The notes: generated by a model from the sequence alone, not told the origin. DNA of 64,000 bases from Thalia democratica (GCA_965202585.1 OZ241833.1:42222001-42286000), one strand, 5' to 3'. Numbered from the stretch's first letter, positions 37,501 to 52,500 are shown. A program made the numbers and translations.

Positions 37501-40500
37501 GGAGGAGAAGGAAAAACTCGAGAGTGAGGAGAAAGAAAAACTCGAAAGTGAGGAGAAAGCCGCAGCAGCGCCACCTAGCGCCGGGTCCCCTTCAGCGATC
37601 CCGCAAGCATCCGCCGCCACCCCGCTCAAAAGCCTTCCCGCCAACCAGCTCGAAACTCCCGCGAAAACTTCCAATGCGCTCGACTTGCAGAACACACCCA
37701 ACTCTTCGGCGTTACAGACGCCGACGAAGGAGGGCGCGGAAAAACTCGATGGGATTCTGAAGAAATTGATCGACGAGGCGCCGACGCCCACTGTTAACAG
37801 GTTTGTTTTTTTAATGTTTTATTTTGTTTTTTTAACATGCTTTGAATAATTGTTTAAAATTTTCAATCAAAAAACGATTAAGTGTAATTTTGAAATTTAC
37901 TATCAACAAGTTTGTTTTTTGATTATTTCAAAGATGACTGTTTATTTTATTAAAAGTATTATTATCTCTAAAAAGAAGAAACCAATATTTTCTTAATGAA
38001 AGTAAATGGCAATTGTAGAAATCTAAAATGTATAGCGAGCAAATTGATGAAATTATTTTTATTTCAAAAACTGTTAAAAATGCAAAGAATAGTTTGATTT
38101 ATAAATTCTCAGTAAAAATATTAATTAAGTTATTGTGTACAAAAGTCAACAAAAAAAATATTAACAAAATATTTTTGTACTCAAGAAAATACAGGTACAA
38201 TAAAAATAGGTTCTCGGCCGCCGGAGGCGCCAAACAGCAGGACCTGGGCAACAACCGCAGGTTCGGCAAGAAACCGAGGAAGGTCGTGCGGAAGACCGAG
38301 GGTCTGGATAAGACGTGCGAGGTTCACCACTTGAAAGTGGCCAACCGCAAGAAGAAAGAACGTGTCAGGGTGTGTTTGAAAAAATATTAATAATAAAATT
38401 TATTTGTTGCTGTAAAGTTAGATTAAACATTAAAAATATATAAATTTGAAAAGAAAATTGTAAATGTAAAAAAAAAAAAGAATTTATTCAAAAAAAGTTG
38501 TCAAGTTTTTTTTTAATTTAGTTAATTGATATTACTTGTTTGTGTATTGTGAAACTTTGAAATCAGTAAAGATATAAAAACTGAAGCTGTTATTGAAAAA
38601 AAGCTCAATTAGTTTGGCTTGATCATACAGTGTTAAGATTTAAAAACAGTAAAATGTACAATAAAGTAACTAAATTTGTTAAGTCTCAAATTTTATAAAA
38701 ACAGTTATATAACAAATTAAATTATTTTAGATGATAAAGTGCTTTAAGTTTTCAACCCGAGAGTCAGACACCAAAAAGAACATTTTCAGGTTTGAATATG
38801 TTTAAAACGTACATATTTATTTTAACTGAACTCAATGATTCAATATTTTATCCGCTTGGTGGCCTTATTTGTTCGCGCCAAAGTCTTAACTACGGTTTGA
38901 ACGAAAATCGACGTCTGCATTACAATGGTATAAGTTGTGCGCTGAAAAACAACAAATACTTTTTTGAAGCTTAAAAATAAATAAAGAGCTTTGTAAAAAC
39001 ATTTGGTTTTTATTTTTGTAATGGAAAATAATCTATTGTACTTAAATGATTTTTTTGCGATATTCAAGCAAATAAATGCTGGTTTGCTCCAACAGTTTAG
39101 AATTGCTTAAAACTATAGTGAAAATTTTAATATACAGCGTTTAGTTCGACTTCAAGTTTTTTGGAAAAGTACTTTTTGTACAAATTTTATTATGTATATT
39201 TTTGAGCTTTAACAATATTTTAATTAAAAGCTTTTAAATATTTAAGAACGTTAAAACATTTTACGTAAATTATTAATAACCAATTTACAAACATTGTAAA
39301 TAATCATAAAGAAATTCTGATATCTTAAAGTTGAATTTATTTCTTACTAGCCCTCATTTTAACCTATGCAAAAAAATAAGTTTTCAAATAAGTGGAAATT
39401 TTTCTTGTTTAATTCTGAATAACACTTAAGCTATTTCGTGACGTCACTTGAAAATTTTAGTTAAAAAAAATTATCGAGTAGTTCATATAATAAGTTTAAA
39501 ACGTTCAAGTTATATAATATATGTCATTTTGAGTCTAATATTTTGATATTTGGACGAGCTCTTACGCTCGCTGACTAATTCAAATGACTTTATGGACATA
39601 GTTTTCAATTTATGTTTAAAAAATAAGATGAGCTGCAAGTATTTTCTACTCTTAATTTTATTGAAAATTTTAGAAAATATCTGTTACAGCTCGCACATTG
39701 CGAGCTAAAAAAAGCAAAAAAATATTTTTAAGTCTTCCAAACTGTTCAATTCGCTTTGAAAACAATGATAATAATAACCAATATACTGATGAAATTAGAC
39801 AAATAGATTTAGAAAAAAAAATTGGAACTGATTTAGACACCGCTTTGAAAAAAATTACGTAGCAAAGGAAGGAAATGTTTTAATAGTCTTCTCAAATCAA
39901 CGTTAATGATAAACAATCACCATGACAACAGGTTGCCGGACTTCATGATCAAGAGGTTGGCAAGGACCGGGGGTTGCAAGTTCACCCCGCCCGGCTTCAT
40001 CCACAAGGACAAGAACCCAGCCCAGCATGGTTTGTATTAAAAAATAAAATAAGTTGTAACATAAATTAAATTCACTTTATTACATATTTTTATATTTTAA
40101 ACAAACATATATGGACATGTATCTAATTGTTTCATTGTGTCGTCACAGACCTGTACTGGCCTTACAACGGGACTCCCCGCCCCAACATGGAGATGGCTTG
40201 GAGGTACAGAAATTCCAAAGTGAAGACGCTCAGTCAGGTAAGTAAAATGTAATTCAAATATAAAATAAACATTAAATGTAACGAAATTAAAATAAAACCG
40301 TAATTCTAAAGCGAAGGCGTACAAGTCAGGTTTGTGTTATGACCAATTTAGTACAATATTTTTAGTTAATAATAGTATAACAAAAAATCAACAGAAAAAT
40401 TATGATTATCAACACGTAAACATAATGGTGAACATCTATGACCTTAACATTTATTATAAGTTAGCATGTAAGCATTCCAGGTGAGAATAAATTAAACAAT

Positions 40501-43500
40501 GTATAATTTATCAGGTTTGGATGCAATTGAAGGAGCTCATTATGATGGTGAAATGGCCACACCTGGTTCCTCCTAACAGAAAGTGAGTAAATAGTATATA
40601 TTTTGTATGTAAATAAGATACAATGTGCAAATAACCTACTTTCTCCTAATATAAAGTAACTAGGATAAAATGATTTTAAACGTAGTTGTATATGTTCAAC
40701 ACGAAAAAAAGTAACTAAAATCTAATATCATAAATTAATTCAACCTAAAAATAAATAAATGTTGGCTGCTCTAAATTTAAAACGTAAAAATAATCAAAAT
40801 TGTATTTTGCAAAAAAAAAATCGTCTGCTGCTACCCAGAGATAACATAAACTGTATCAAAAAAACAAAATTAAAAACTTGAAAATCGATTAATCAATTAT
40901 GACGTCACGTTGTTAACCACTATGACGTCACACATTTCAATCAAGTATGACGTCACACAGAGACACTCTGCACACCGTGGAGACGGACGAGAAGATCGTG
41001 ACGACGGAGCTGATGAGGAGAAAAGACATCGGGATGAGCGGAATGTTCCAGATGTTCTTCGTCAGGAAGATCACCGTCCACAAGAACAACGAAGACGAAG
41101 GAGAAATATTCAGAAGTTTGTTTCAAATTATAATTATTTGTTTCTATTTTTTATTAAAAAAATTTGTTAGAATTTTGTTCAGAAGCTTGTTGTTTTTGTT
41201 TAATTTAATTTGAAATATATTTGTTTTTATAACATAACCATCCTCAAAAATAATGAGGACAAAGGGGAAATATTCAGAAGTTTGTTCCCATTGATCTTGA
41301 ATTAAATTTTAAAGTTTTCTCATTGAAAATAAGGACGGAGTTTGTTTTACTGTTTACTTATTTTAAAAGAGGGTTTGATCAGTAAGATTAAAAAACAGAC
41401 ACCTAAAATATTTTGACGGTTTACTCAAACACCAAAGCATACTACATAGATATAAAGCATACACCCCTCACTCGCATATTTTTATCTATTTTTAGTATTT
41501 AATTAAATTATTTTTCTACTCACAGGCGAAGCGTACACGCCGCAATCGCGCTCCGGGCTGCGCAAACGTTCGAGGGCGATCGCGTTGAAGGGTAAGCACA
41601 AGAGCGCCAGCAAGCGGTCGAAACCCGACGTGGAGGAAATTTGGATGAGCCAGGACGACGTTGAACTGTGGCAGATCATGCAGTTCCATCACAAGTATTT
41701 ATTCAATATAACAATAGTAATAACATAAACAACGTTAAATCATTGTTGTGTTTTATAGATCAAAGTTGTTAAAATATAAAATTGTTCCTTAAATAAATTA
41801 AGGCCATAGGGGGGGGGGGTAGAAGCCATTTTTTGACCAAAAATAACATATAGACTTATATTATAGTAAATTTCATAATCTTTCAGATGCTTTTTTTAGA
41901 TTTTAAAAATATTAAGTAACTTTTTTTTATGACCGGTTATATAAAGGGTTGTCTTTATAAAGGGTAACTTTAAAGCCGTTTTTCTCGAATTTTTAAAAAC
42001 GGGCTTTTTAGTCTTAACTGTTTGATTAAACCGTTCCATCACAAGTTTGTGGTTTATTGTAATTTGGTTGATTTAAATAAGTATTTATCTTCTCATCTTG
42101 TTAATTCAGTTTAAAAAAACGGAATATTATTTTTGTTGGTTTATCAACAACTCGATGAATAATAATATAAACTACCGTTTAATTGTTATTTTTTCATTAT
42201 ACAATTTACCGAACTGTAATTTGATAAATTACAACACCAAAGAAGTCTCTTATAATAATAAAGTTGTTAGTTGACTCTAGTATCGGAATTCAACAATCAA
42301 GTACTAATATTATAATTAACAAAGATTAATATATATTAACAAAGGTTATTATGATATATATGATCTCGATATTAAAATAAATCCTTTTCTCCAACACAGC
42401 GCGCGTAACGAACGCGAGCGAGAGGCGAAGAAGAAGCAGCAGGTGATCGAGCAGCAGAAGAAGTTGATGGAGAAGCAGAAGATGCAGCAGATGCAGGAGA
42501 GGGCGAGGCAACTGGAGGCAGCTAAAAAGCTGCAGGCCAAGAACAGTGCTAAGGTTTGTAATGTAAATGTAAATATATTAATAGTAAGACATTTGAAAGC
42601 TGCTAAAAACTTGCAGGCTAGAAATAGTGCTAAAACGTGAAATTAAATAAATATAACAAATAGTAATAATATTTAGTACAACAATAAATTAAGGCAATCG
42701 TAAAGAGCTAAAAGCTACTGTCAAAAATAGTGCTAAGGTTTAAATTAAAATATTGTACTACATATTTGAAATTAGTTTAATTTGGAAAAAGTCAGGTTTA
42801 AAAAGTAAAATAGGGCAATGAATATTAATTAAAAGTTTTAAGTTAAACTAAACTTCGCCAAACAAAATAGTATATTCTAGTAACTTATTTATTTTGAACA
42901 GTGTTTTTTTTCAAAGCCTTGAACAAAAAAAGTTCTAAGAATTTAAACGTTTAAAAAACATTCAAAATAGTTTTTCAAAGTCTCTTACGAGATGTGCACT
43001 ACCTTTGATTGTTTTATAGTTGTATGTTATTTGTTAAAAGTATCTTAACTTAAAATGTTGTATTGTTATGTTCGAAATATAGGTTATACGGCATAACTCT
43101 GGTGCGAACAATCAAAAAGTAGCAAGCCGAGCTAGAGTAAATAGTAATGTTTGTCATATTTGTTGTACTTAATTTAACTAAAATTAGTTTAAAACATTTA
43201 GTTTAAAAAAATTATTTTAATGATATACAAGTACATGTTTCTTCAGACCTTAATAGTTCCAAATTACTGATCATCTAAAAATAATAAAACTTTGATTGGA
43301 TAATCTAACAAACCTTTTTTTAAATGTTTTTTTAGTTGCTTTAATATATATTTTTAAAACATCTTTAAATTACAACACTTTATGACGTAACATTTTCAAC
43401 TATATTTTATGACGTAACAATGTTTAACAGATCTGCAACATCAGCCAGTCACTTTTGCACCAAGCCAACACCGTTTACGCGAAAAATATAATAAACAACC

Positions 43501-46500
43501 AGACTCCGCATGTAAGTGTTATTTGTAGTTTTATATAATTATTGAATGGTTTGTTAGAGTTTTATTTACGTTAAGTAATTTATGTATGTAATACAAAAAT
43601 ATTAAATGTTAATAGTGTATTAATTTTATGAATGTTAGTAATTTGTTTTTAGTTAGGGTGTTGTTTTTTCGTACTTTTAACAGTAATTATACAAATAAAT
43701 AGGAAGTAACATCAATAAATAAAACTTTTAAATTGTATGTTTATATAATTTGTTTATTTGGTGTTCTCAGCTTTCTAGTGCTTATTTGTTTAATTAAGTT
43801 GATTGTACTAACCTTTTAAAATTATTCTCTGTTAATACATACTTCATACAAAATGAAATTGTTTAAAAGTTTTTTGCTAATGTTTTTAATGTCTGTATTA
43901 AATAGGCAAGTCGTAAAACGGTAGAACCCAAGTTAAAATTACTAGCTTGTTTTTCTAACTGCTCAAGAAAACCATCCACTATCTATGATTTTTAATTGTT
44001 TTCTAGTTTTTCAAAGTTATTAAACTTAAAATTTTGTATTGTCATGTTCGGGATTTAGGGTATTCAGTATGGTTTTCCTGTAAACAATGTTAACGCGAAC
44101 AGTGTAATTAACAAGCAGACTCCACAAGTAAGTGTTAAGTATTATTTCTTATATGTTATGGGTGTAATTAATTTGTTTGTAATGTTGGTTATATTTTCTT
44201 TTGTCATGTTTTAATGGTGGTTTAAATGAGCACATTAAAAATGATTAAGAATTAACTTTTGACATTTTTTTTGTACAATACACAGGAAGTTTTTTACTAC
44301 TTAAACCTCTCATTTTGAAAAATTGTTCTTATTACAAAAATATTATTAATTTTTTTATTCAAAATTTGGGTATACAATACGGTTATCCTATAAAAATGTA
44401 ATGAAATGATGAAGTTTGTATTAAATTAAAAAAAAATCTAATAATGACTATGATGTTTGTTATGCGTTTGATTTTTTATTTAACTATAAAAAACAAATTT
44501 TTATATTTGGATATTATAAAATTATATTTTATAGTTACATTTATTAGTATACATGTTAAATTATTAATAAATTAATTTTCAGAACTCCTTCCGCATCAGC
44601 GTAGCCGCCTCCTCTTTGAATAGAAGCTCAGGTTAGTATTTATTATTTGTAATTATTTTATATTTGTAAAATTAAAAGTTGAAGATGTTTAGTTTATGAA
44701 TTTGTTTACGGTTCTAAAATATAACATTTGATTTAAATAACTTGAATGCACTACCTTGAAATAAAATTTAGATAAAATTAAGACGTTTATAAAAGTTTTA
44801 TGTTGCACGCTAGCTTTTTATTTCACAACAACTGAAGTTTTGAACAAAAGTTTTATTTAATTTCAAAACTTGAGGTAATTTATTCTTAGAAATATAACGT
44901 AAAAAATTTCACAGCGCTCCAGAAAATTGCAATCAACCCGCAAAACAAGAACCAAGTTTCTGGTCAGTTTATAATTAATCTACTAAATAAAATGTGTTTT
45001 TACATATTATTGATATTCTTTTATTAAAAAAGTTATTATAAATGCATACTAAATTTAATTCGTTTAAAAACTATACTTAAAAGGTTGAATTTGTGTAACT
45101 AAGTAAGTGTAGAGAGCGGTTATTAGTTTTAAATTTGATAAAATATACAAGCTTATGCGAGTAATTCTTAAATTTTAGTTTTTTTTCAAAATTTCAATGT
45201 TTTTAACTATTACAACATTTTCATTAAAATATTTTATTAATTTTTATGTTTTTAGGTACAGGTTCGGCACCCAGATTGATAAATCCTCCGCAGAAAATAA
45301 CACCGAACATCATCAGAAATATCCCCACTATCAAGTTTGTTTATTTATTAAAACTTTTTAATAATGTTAATAAATATTACTGATTAGAAAATAATAAGTA
45401 CTCCCAACATCATCAGAAATATCCCCACTATCAAGTTTGTTCATTTATAAAAACTTTTTAATAGCAATAGTAAATATCTTAAGTTATTTGTAGTTTTTAA
45501 TTAATATGTAATCAACTTCTTCCTCTGGTTCAACAAGTACTTTCATTTTGCGTTATCGTATAATTCTCTGATTAAATAAGTGCACAAGCCGAAAAAAAAA
45601 ACTGTTGAAGTAAAAATTGTTTTGTAAAAAGTTTTAAGTTGCTAATTATTCTAAGTCACTTCATTTAGTTTTAAAATGTTTCTTACTCTTGAATAGTATG
45701 TTTTTCTTGTTTTCCACCCAGCAATATTGAAGCACCTCCTTTTAACGAAGAAATAAATATAATTTCAACTATTAACTCGCCCCCAGTAATGATTCAAAAT
45801 CTTCCTTCAAATTTGAAGTTTGTTTTATTAAATTGATAAATGTGTGTATTTCACAACTAATATTTACATTTTGTACTAATCGACATGCAGAATTTTAAAT
45901 CCTTCAACTATCAAGTTTATATATAAATTAATTAACAAATAAACATATTTATATAAATTAATACTAATGTTTGTATTTTGTACTAAAAAAAGTAAATTTT
46001 TTCCACAAGGTCTTATTGTAAATTTTTAAGACAGCATATAGTATTTATATATATTATATACAAATATAATTGTTTGTTCTTGTAAATAATTAAACTACTT
46101 ATTTATAAAAACTTATAATAATACTTGTATTTTGTACTTCTACCCACGCAGATTCCCGCCAAAACATCAGATAATTAACAAGCTTCCAGTGCCAGCCGTG
46201 CCTCAGTTCAAGTATTAATTTAATTTTAATAGAAATAAGTTTACATATAAGTATGAGACCTCAGTTAGTTTGTACGAGCTTTGGAACCGATGATATATTT
46301 TTTTACGTTTTTTTGTAAACTAAAACATTGTTTATTTTGTTTATATTCTTTTTTATAAAAGCTTGTATAGTTCGAGCACAACGCTTGGAAATATATGATT
46401 AAATAATAAGTCAAGTGTAAGTTTTTATGAACGCTTTGGAATTTTATATTAAATTTTTATTTTTAAGTATGTTCTAAAAGACAAAGATTGTTATTTCTTT

Positions 46501-49500
46501 TCCAACGTTTTATGATTCTACGGAGTTCAGTTTTAAAAAAATATTGTTTTTTTTTAAATTACATCTCAAATTGTATTCATTTATTATATATACATTTGTT
46601 ATAAACTCAATTAGAATATTAAAATTTTCCAAGAATGCACCAGTGTTTGTGAACATGGTTTAATGATTTAAAATATAAGCTGTTTGATTTTTCTTAATAT
46701 TTTATTACTCGATACTTGTGTAGAGTAGGTTTGCATTTGGTATAAAAAGTTGGTTTTGTGTTAAAACATATATTTTAATATTAAAAACTGTCGTACATGT
46801 GTGTATCAATTTCCACCCAACAGGCTGCCATCTAGTGTTGAGCCCTCCAAAAACGTGGTAACCGTCGTCAAGCAGACCCCGCCCCAGAAAGCCCACCAGA
46901 GGATTGTTGCCAAGCAACAGTTGCCCACCATAATGAAGAAGCCCACCCCCAAGCTGGATGTAAGTTTATTATTTTGAAAAACTTAAATGAAAAAAAAGTT
47001 GTTAAAACATTATTTTGCAAAAAAGAAATACTATTTGCGATTTTTTAACATTTGCTAAAGTTGATTTTTAATAATTTTTAATTGTTTATTAACTATATAA
47101 ATTAACTTTTATATTGATTAAATTGTTAATTACCCAAGAAAAATTTTTACTAATTCTGCCTTATTTTTTGAAAAAATGTATTGATTAGTTGTCTATTGAA
47201 AATATATAAATAATATTATGTTTTCTTGTTTTCTTCGAAACAGACCTTCAAGTTTGTAGACCGTGAGGTTTGTATATCTTTATTGTATTATATTTATTAC
47301 TATTGTATTATTTTACAATTATTGATAAGTATTTTTATGATATGTAGTATTAGTATGCTTTTGATTTTTATTCACTATTAAAATTTAATTAACTTTATTG
47401 CAACCAAATGTTTCATATCAGACTCAACAATGATAAGGTTTCAAGTTTTGTATAAGTAAAAAAAAATTTAATGATAAAAAAATTAACTAATATTTTTAAA
47501 CTCTACAACAACAAATTAAATAAATGTCAAAAGGTATTTAGTTAACTACTATTCTTGAAGTATACAACAATAAGTTTAAAAATTAAAATATTCAATTAAC
47601 AGTTATTATGAAATCCCGCAACAATATTTAATTTCCCACTGTTGTTTAAGTCTAATTTTGCAAATAAAAATGTTAAATTAGCTACCAGAAAGATTTTTGT
47701 TATAAAATTCTTGGAAAATATATAATTAATTTTTGAAGTCTGACACGCAAAATAAAAACATTTAATTTACAAATAAAAATTTCTAATAAATATTATGATA
47801 TACATTATCTGCGACAACAAATTTTACGAATAAAAATAATTAATTAATCATTATTTTTGAAATCTACAACAAATATTTAATTAATTTTGAAGTCCGAAAC
47901 AATATTTAATTAACTACCAGTTAACAATTTTTCTTGGAAAATATATAATTAATTTTTGAAGTCTGACACACAAAATAAAAACGTTTAATTTACAAATAAA
48001 ATATCTAATAAATATTATGATATATATTATCAGCGACAACAAATATTTAATTAATTTTGAAGTCCGAAACAATATTTAATTAACTACCAGTTAATAATTT
48101 TTCTTGGAAAATATATAATTAATTTTTGAAGTCTGACACTCAGGTGCGGATGTCCAGTCAGCAGGTAGACAGGCTGATAGAGAAGGGACCGTCCTTTGAA
48201 ATGCCCGTGGAAGTTCCCCACGAAGGCAGGCCCCCGAGTAAGTATTTTTTTCATTTATATACATATATTAGGTTGTGATATGTTCAGGGTTGCCACTTTA
48301 CCTGGAATTCGACAATTTAGGCAAAAATAACCTGGAAAAACCTGGAATTTTGATCAAAAAACCTGGAATTTTTAATAATTTTAACATTTTCAGTAGTAGA
48401 ATTTCGATTTGACACAAAAAATCTATCATATAAATAAGATTTTTTTATTAAAAAACTTTAAAGAATCTTTTTATACGATTTAACACATTTTCTCATATAG
48501 AAATTAACTTAAAACTAAAAATAGACCCAAAAATGTATACTTTTAAAAACCATGAAGAAATTTGGAAAACCTGGAAAAATTTTTGAAAAAACAAGTGGCA
48601 ACCCGTATGTTACATTTGCTGGTCGATTTAAAAGTTGACTTAGTTTTTTTTTATTTTAACTACGCCCAATGAGGGTGGCCCTCAAAGTGAGATTTTTTCA
48701 TTAAATGCAACATATTCAAAAAATAATTAAATCATGTTTTTAAATATTAAATTTATACCATCGGTCGTACAAACTTTAATACATGTATTTTTCAAATTTT
48801 TTTCAGATAAGCTTAATAAATTTTACAGAATGTTTAGTTTTAGTCATAATTCGAATTAAACAAGTCTTTAAACTATTATTAATTATCGATCGAATTAAAC
48901 CGATCTTTAGTTCTTACGAAAGTTATTTTCATCTAACTATTTATCATTAACTTTTAATGTACGTGTTTAATTTCTCTTCACAGGCAAGGGAATCATCAAA
49001 GTAATCAAATAAAAAGTTATTAAATTAATAGTTTTTTATTTATTTATCTATCATTACTATCATTTATTTCAATCATTTATTTTTATTTTTATCACTTATT
49101 GTAACTTTTAAATTTTGAATTTCAATTTCTCCTCGCAGGCAAGGGAGTGATCAGGGTGCTGGCGATAGGAGAAAGGCCGCAGACGGACAGCAACCAGGAA
49201 ATACTGCAGTTGTCGGCCAGCAGCCATCAGCAGCCCAGGCAGTTTCTCCTCACCCACCTGCACAGCAATGAGCTGAGCACCATCGGTTTGTTGATGTGAA
49301 AAAATTATTAAACTAGATGAAACTAATATAATAATATTATATTAAATATGAAACTAATATAATAATATTATATTAAATATGAAAATGAATATAAATATAA
49401 ATGTTTATTAATAATATTTAATAATGCTCAACACTATTGGATTTGTTGAAATTATCACAATAATTAGCAATAATTGTTGAGAGATTATAATAATAGTATT

Positions 49501-52500
49501 TATAGTTGGTTTGTTACAAAAATGTAACTGTTAGTATTTATTTCCAACATAATCGCACCACAAAAACGTCTATGAGTTAGTCAATATTTAATTATAATAC
49601 ATTGAATAATTGTTTTCTCACAGCTCAGCTGAAAGAAAAACTTCAAAAATGAAATCGAATTTTCAAATCAAAATAAATTAGTTAAATAAACAATTTTATT
49701 GTTCAAATAAATATATAACAGTTACAACAGCTCAACTGAAAGAGAAGCACCAAAATAACGAAATTGCGCTTTAAATTAGAAAAATAATAATATAAATAAA
49801 ATATAACAACATTAAACAGCTCAATTGAAGGAGAAACACCAAAACAACGAGATCGCGCTTTCCAACACTCCAACCCTGCAAACCAGGCTGCAACAAATTC
49901 AGAATCCCCACAACCTGATTAAAAACTCCTCAAACCAGCAGCAGCAATCGCTTCTCAGGTATTTGATGTAATGCTCAATTAAAATGATGTATATATAAAT
50001 AAATAAAATATTAACTACAGAGGTGATTTATTTAAGTAAGTTTTTTGTTGTCTTTCAAACGTTACAAAGACTGTTACAGGAAACTACCTTCAAATTTATT
50101 TTTGTTTTTGAAATTTAACTTTTTTTTGTTTATAATTAAAAAACATGCAACTGTTATTTTGTGAAATAAATTGTAATTTTTAAGACAATTAAATAACATT
50201 CCAGCTGAGATATTTAGTTGTATGTTTTTTTTTATTTTAACAGTGACAAGGACCCGTTGTGGAGCGGAAGCTCCCTGCAGACCGGTTTCCATGACAACCA
50301 CCCCCACGCGAGTAGGTTCTCCTCGAGTGAAAGCAAGAGGGCGAAACCCACCAGAAGCAGGAAGACCGGTGTCCATGGCAACAGCAGGGCCGAACAGCAG
50401 AGGTCAGTTGCTAAACACATGAAATATTTATATTAGATAGTTGTATCTTTTATCTTAGATTATAAGATGAACCACTCTATTAAATTCAATCTAAAAATGG
50501 TCAGATTTTCTGTAAAAACTAAAATTATTAAATTATTGTTTTTTACTTTCATATATTGAGTTTGCGTGTCAAAGATTTGTTTTGTTAAATGAATTGTTCT
50601 GTGTAATAAAGACTTGAATCTGTTTTAACTTGTATAAAGTACAGATTAAACGTTGTGAATACTTAAACTATCTCATCAATTTTAGTTATAGATTAAATGT
50701 TTGCAAAAATAGCATGAATATTTATTATTTTTCAGGTTGAACACGTGCAAGAGCGTGATGAAGATCTGCATGGACCGGCTGGACAAGCACATCGTCGGTA
50801 AGCAGAAACAAAAGAGGCGGGAGAAGCAGCTGAAGGAGCAGAGGTTGAGGAAGCAGAGCATCGAAGAAGTTTGTTTGAAATAATTTATTTAAAATCATTA
50901 TAACCATCTTACAACCATAGTTGAAAAAGTAACGTGACTTTTGCATTACTTTGAATCAATCTGTGCTTTATTTAGTTTTGAATGGTTAAAGCACATTTAA
51001 ATGAAAAAAATATACCCAAGTTTTAATTATATACTTCAATTAGTTATAAAACTGGCTACGAAAAAGCTAAAATAATTTTTTTCAAACACGTTAACGTGTA
51101 ACTCCGTCTAAATTTTTTATCTAAACGTTTATTGTGACGTCACACAGAGGAAGCGGCAGCACCAGCACGCGAACAGGATCCAACACGCGATGAAGAGGAG
51201 AAAGGAGGAGTTGAACCTGAACGTGAGGAAGAAGCAAGCGCTGGCCAACAGATACGTATCCAAGATGGCCGAGGTACGAATTTAGCTTTTTATTTATTTA
51301 TTTTTTTACTTTATAGTCAGGGTTCCTACTTCCCTAAGTTTAAAATATTCTAAAAAATCCCTATAAAAAATTGAAATATATGTGAATTACGTTTTTTTTT
51401 TCTTGGTGATTGAAATTTGTTAATATACTGCTCTTTAAAACGGATGAGGTACGATTTATATTTCATTTAATTCACAAATAAATTTAAGAGATGATTATTT
51501 TATAAAAACACTAAGGCCTCAGTTGACAGTTACCGAAGTTTGAATATTGCCTGAAAACAATTAAATTATAAAACATACAGGTTCATACACTATTAAAGTG
51601 AATGTTTTATAATAAATAATATTGAATGTTTGTACAACAGAACGACCTGTGGAAGGACTCGAGGCTGAAGCAGCTGGAGAACATGTACAAGAAGCAGAAC
51701 TACGCCGAAACCGAGCTCGAGTCCAGGCAGAAGAACCAGCAGACCAGCCAGCGGCAGCAGACCAACCAGCGACAAGATAGTAGAAAGTCGACCAATCAGC
51801 AGCAGGAGAGGCACAAGCCAGCCAATCAGCAGGTCGACATCAGGAGCTACGCCGCTCGCCGTGAGGAGAAAGTCACTCCCAATAAGGCGACGCAGAGGGT
51901 GACCGGTTTGTTTTTGTTGTTTTAAATGATAGTATTAATGTCCAATAAGTTTTTAATGATTATTTATTAACGGATAACTCTGTTTCTTACATAAAGCAAA
52001 AAGCAGCGGTTGCTATATTTTGAAATTATTAAAAAGTTTGAATCTCAAACAAAAAAAAATTAGAAATCTCAACTTTTATTTGTCAATTTAAATGACGTCC
52101 GTATATTTTTCAATTTCTCACATTAATGCAGTGTCGTATTATCACTTACATCTGTTGAACAAATATTTTCAGCCAATGAGAGCAAGACGCGTGTCCAGCA
52201 GCGGACCAATGAGACGAGGAAGAGAAAAGCTTCGGAGGAAGTCTTCAGCCCGCGAAAACACGTTTGTTTATTATTAAGTTGTTTTTGTATTACTATTATT
52301 TCAAAAAAAAAATGTACAATTTATTGTTTTAAAAGATTTATTATTATTATTTTATATAAATGCCGGCGATTGTTTACATTTATTTAGTTTTTTGTATTTT
52401 ATCTCAAAATGGTTATTATTTTATAATTTTAATATTTAAGTTGTCTTTTTTATTTTTATACTTAAACATTTTATTAAGAGTTCAATAAATTTGTAGGCAG

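Noticed and set aside
36888-37791. Antisense ORFs over BPTF exons (36888-37130, 37432-37791; also 26753-27142, 51593-51814, 61442-61849)
   Set aside because: Shadow frames of GC3-rich coding exons.
50555-50580. TTTGCGTGTCA, an 11-nt antisense match to U6 nt 74-84 (mgU6-77-like guide) in a BPTF intron
   Set aside because: No CTGA box follows it and there is no convincing box C or terminal stem; probably chance, although an Infernal scan would settle it.
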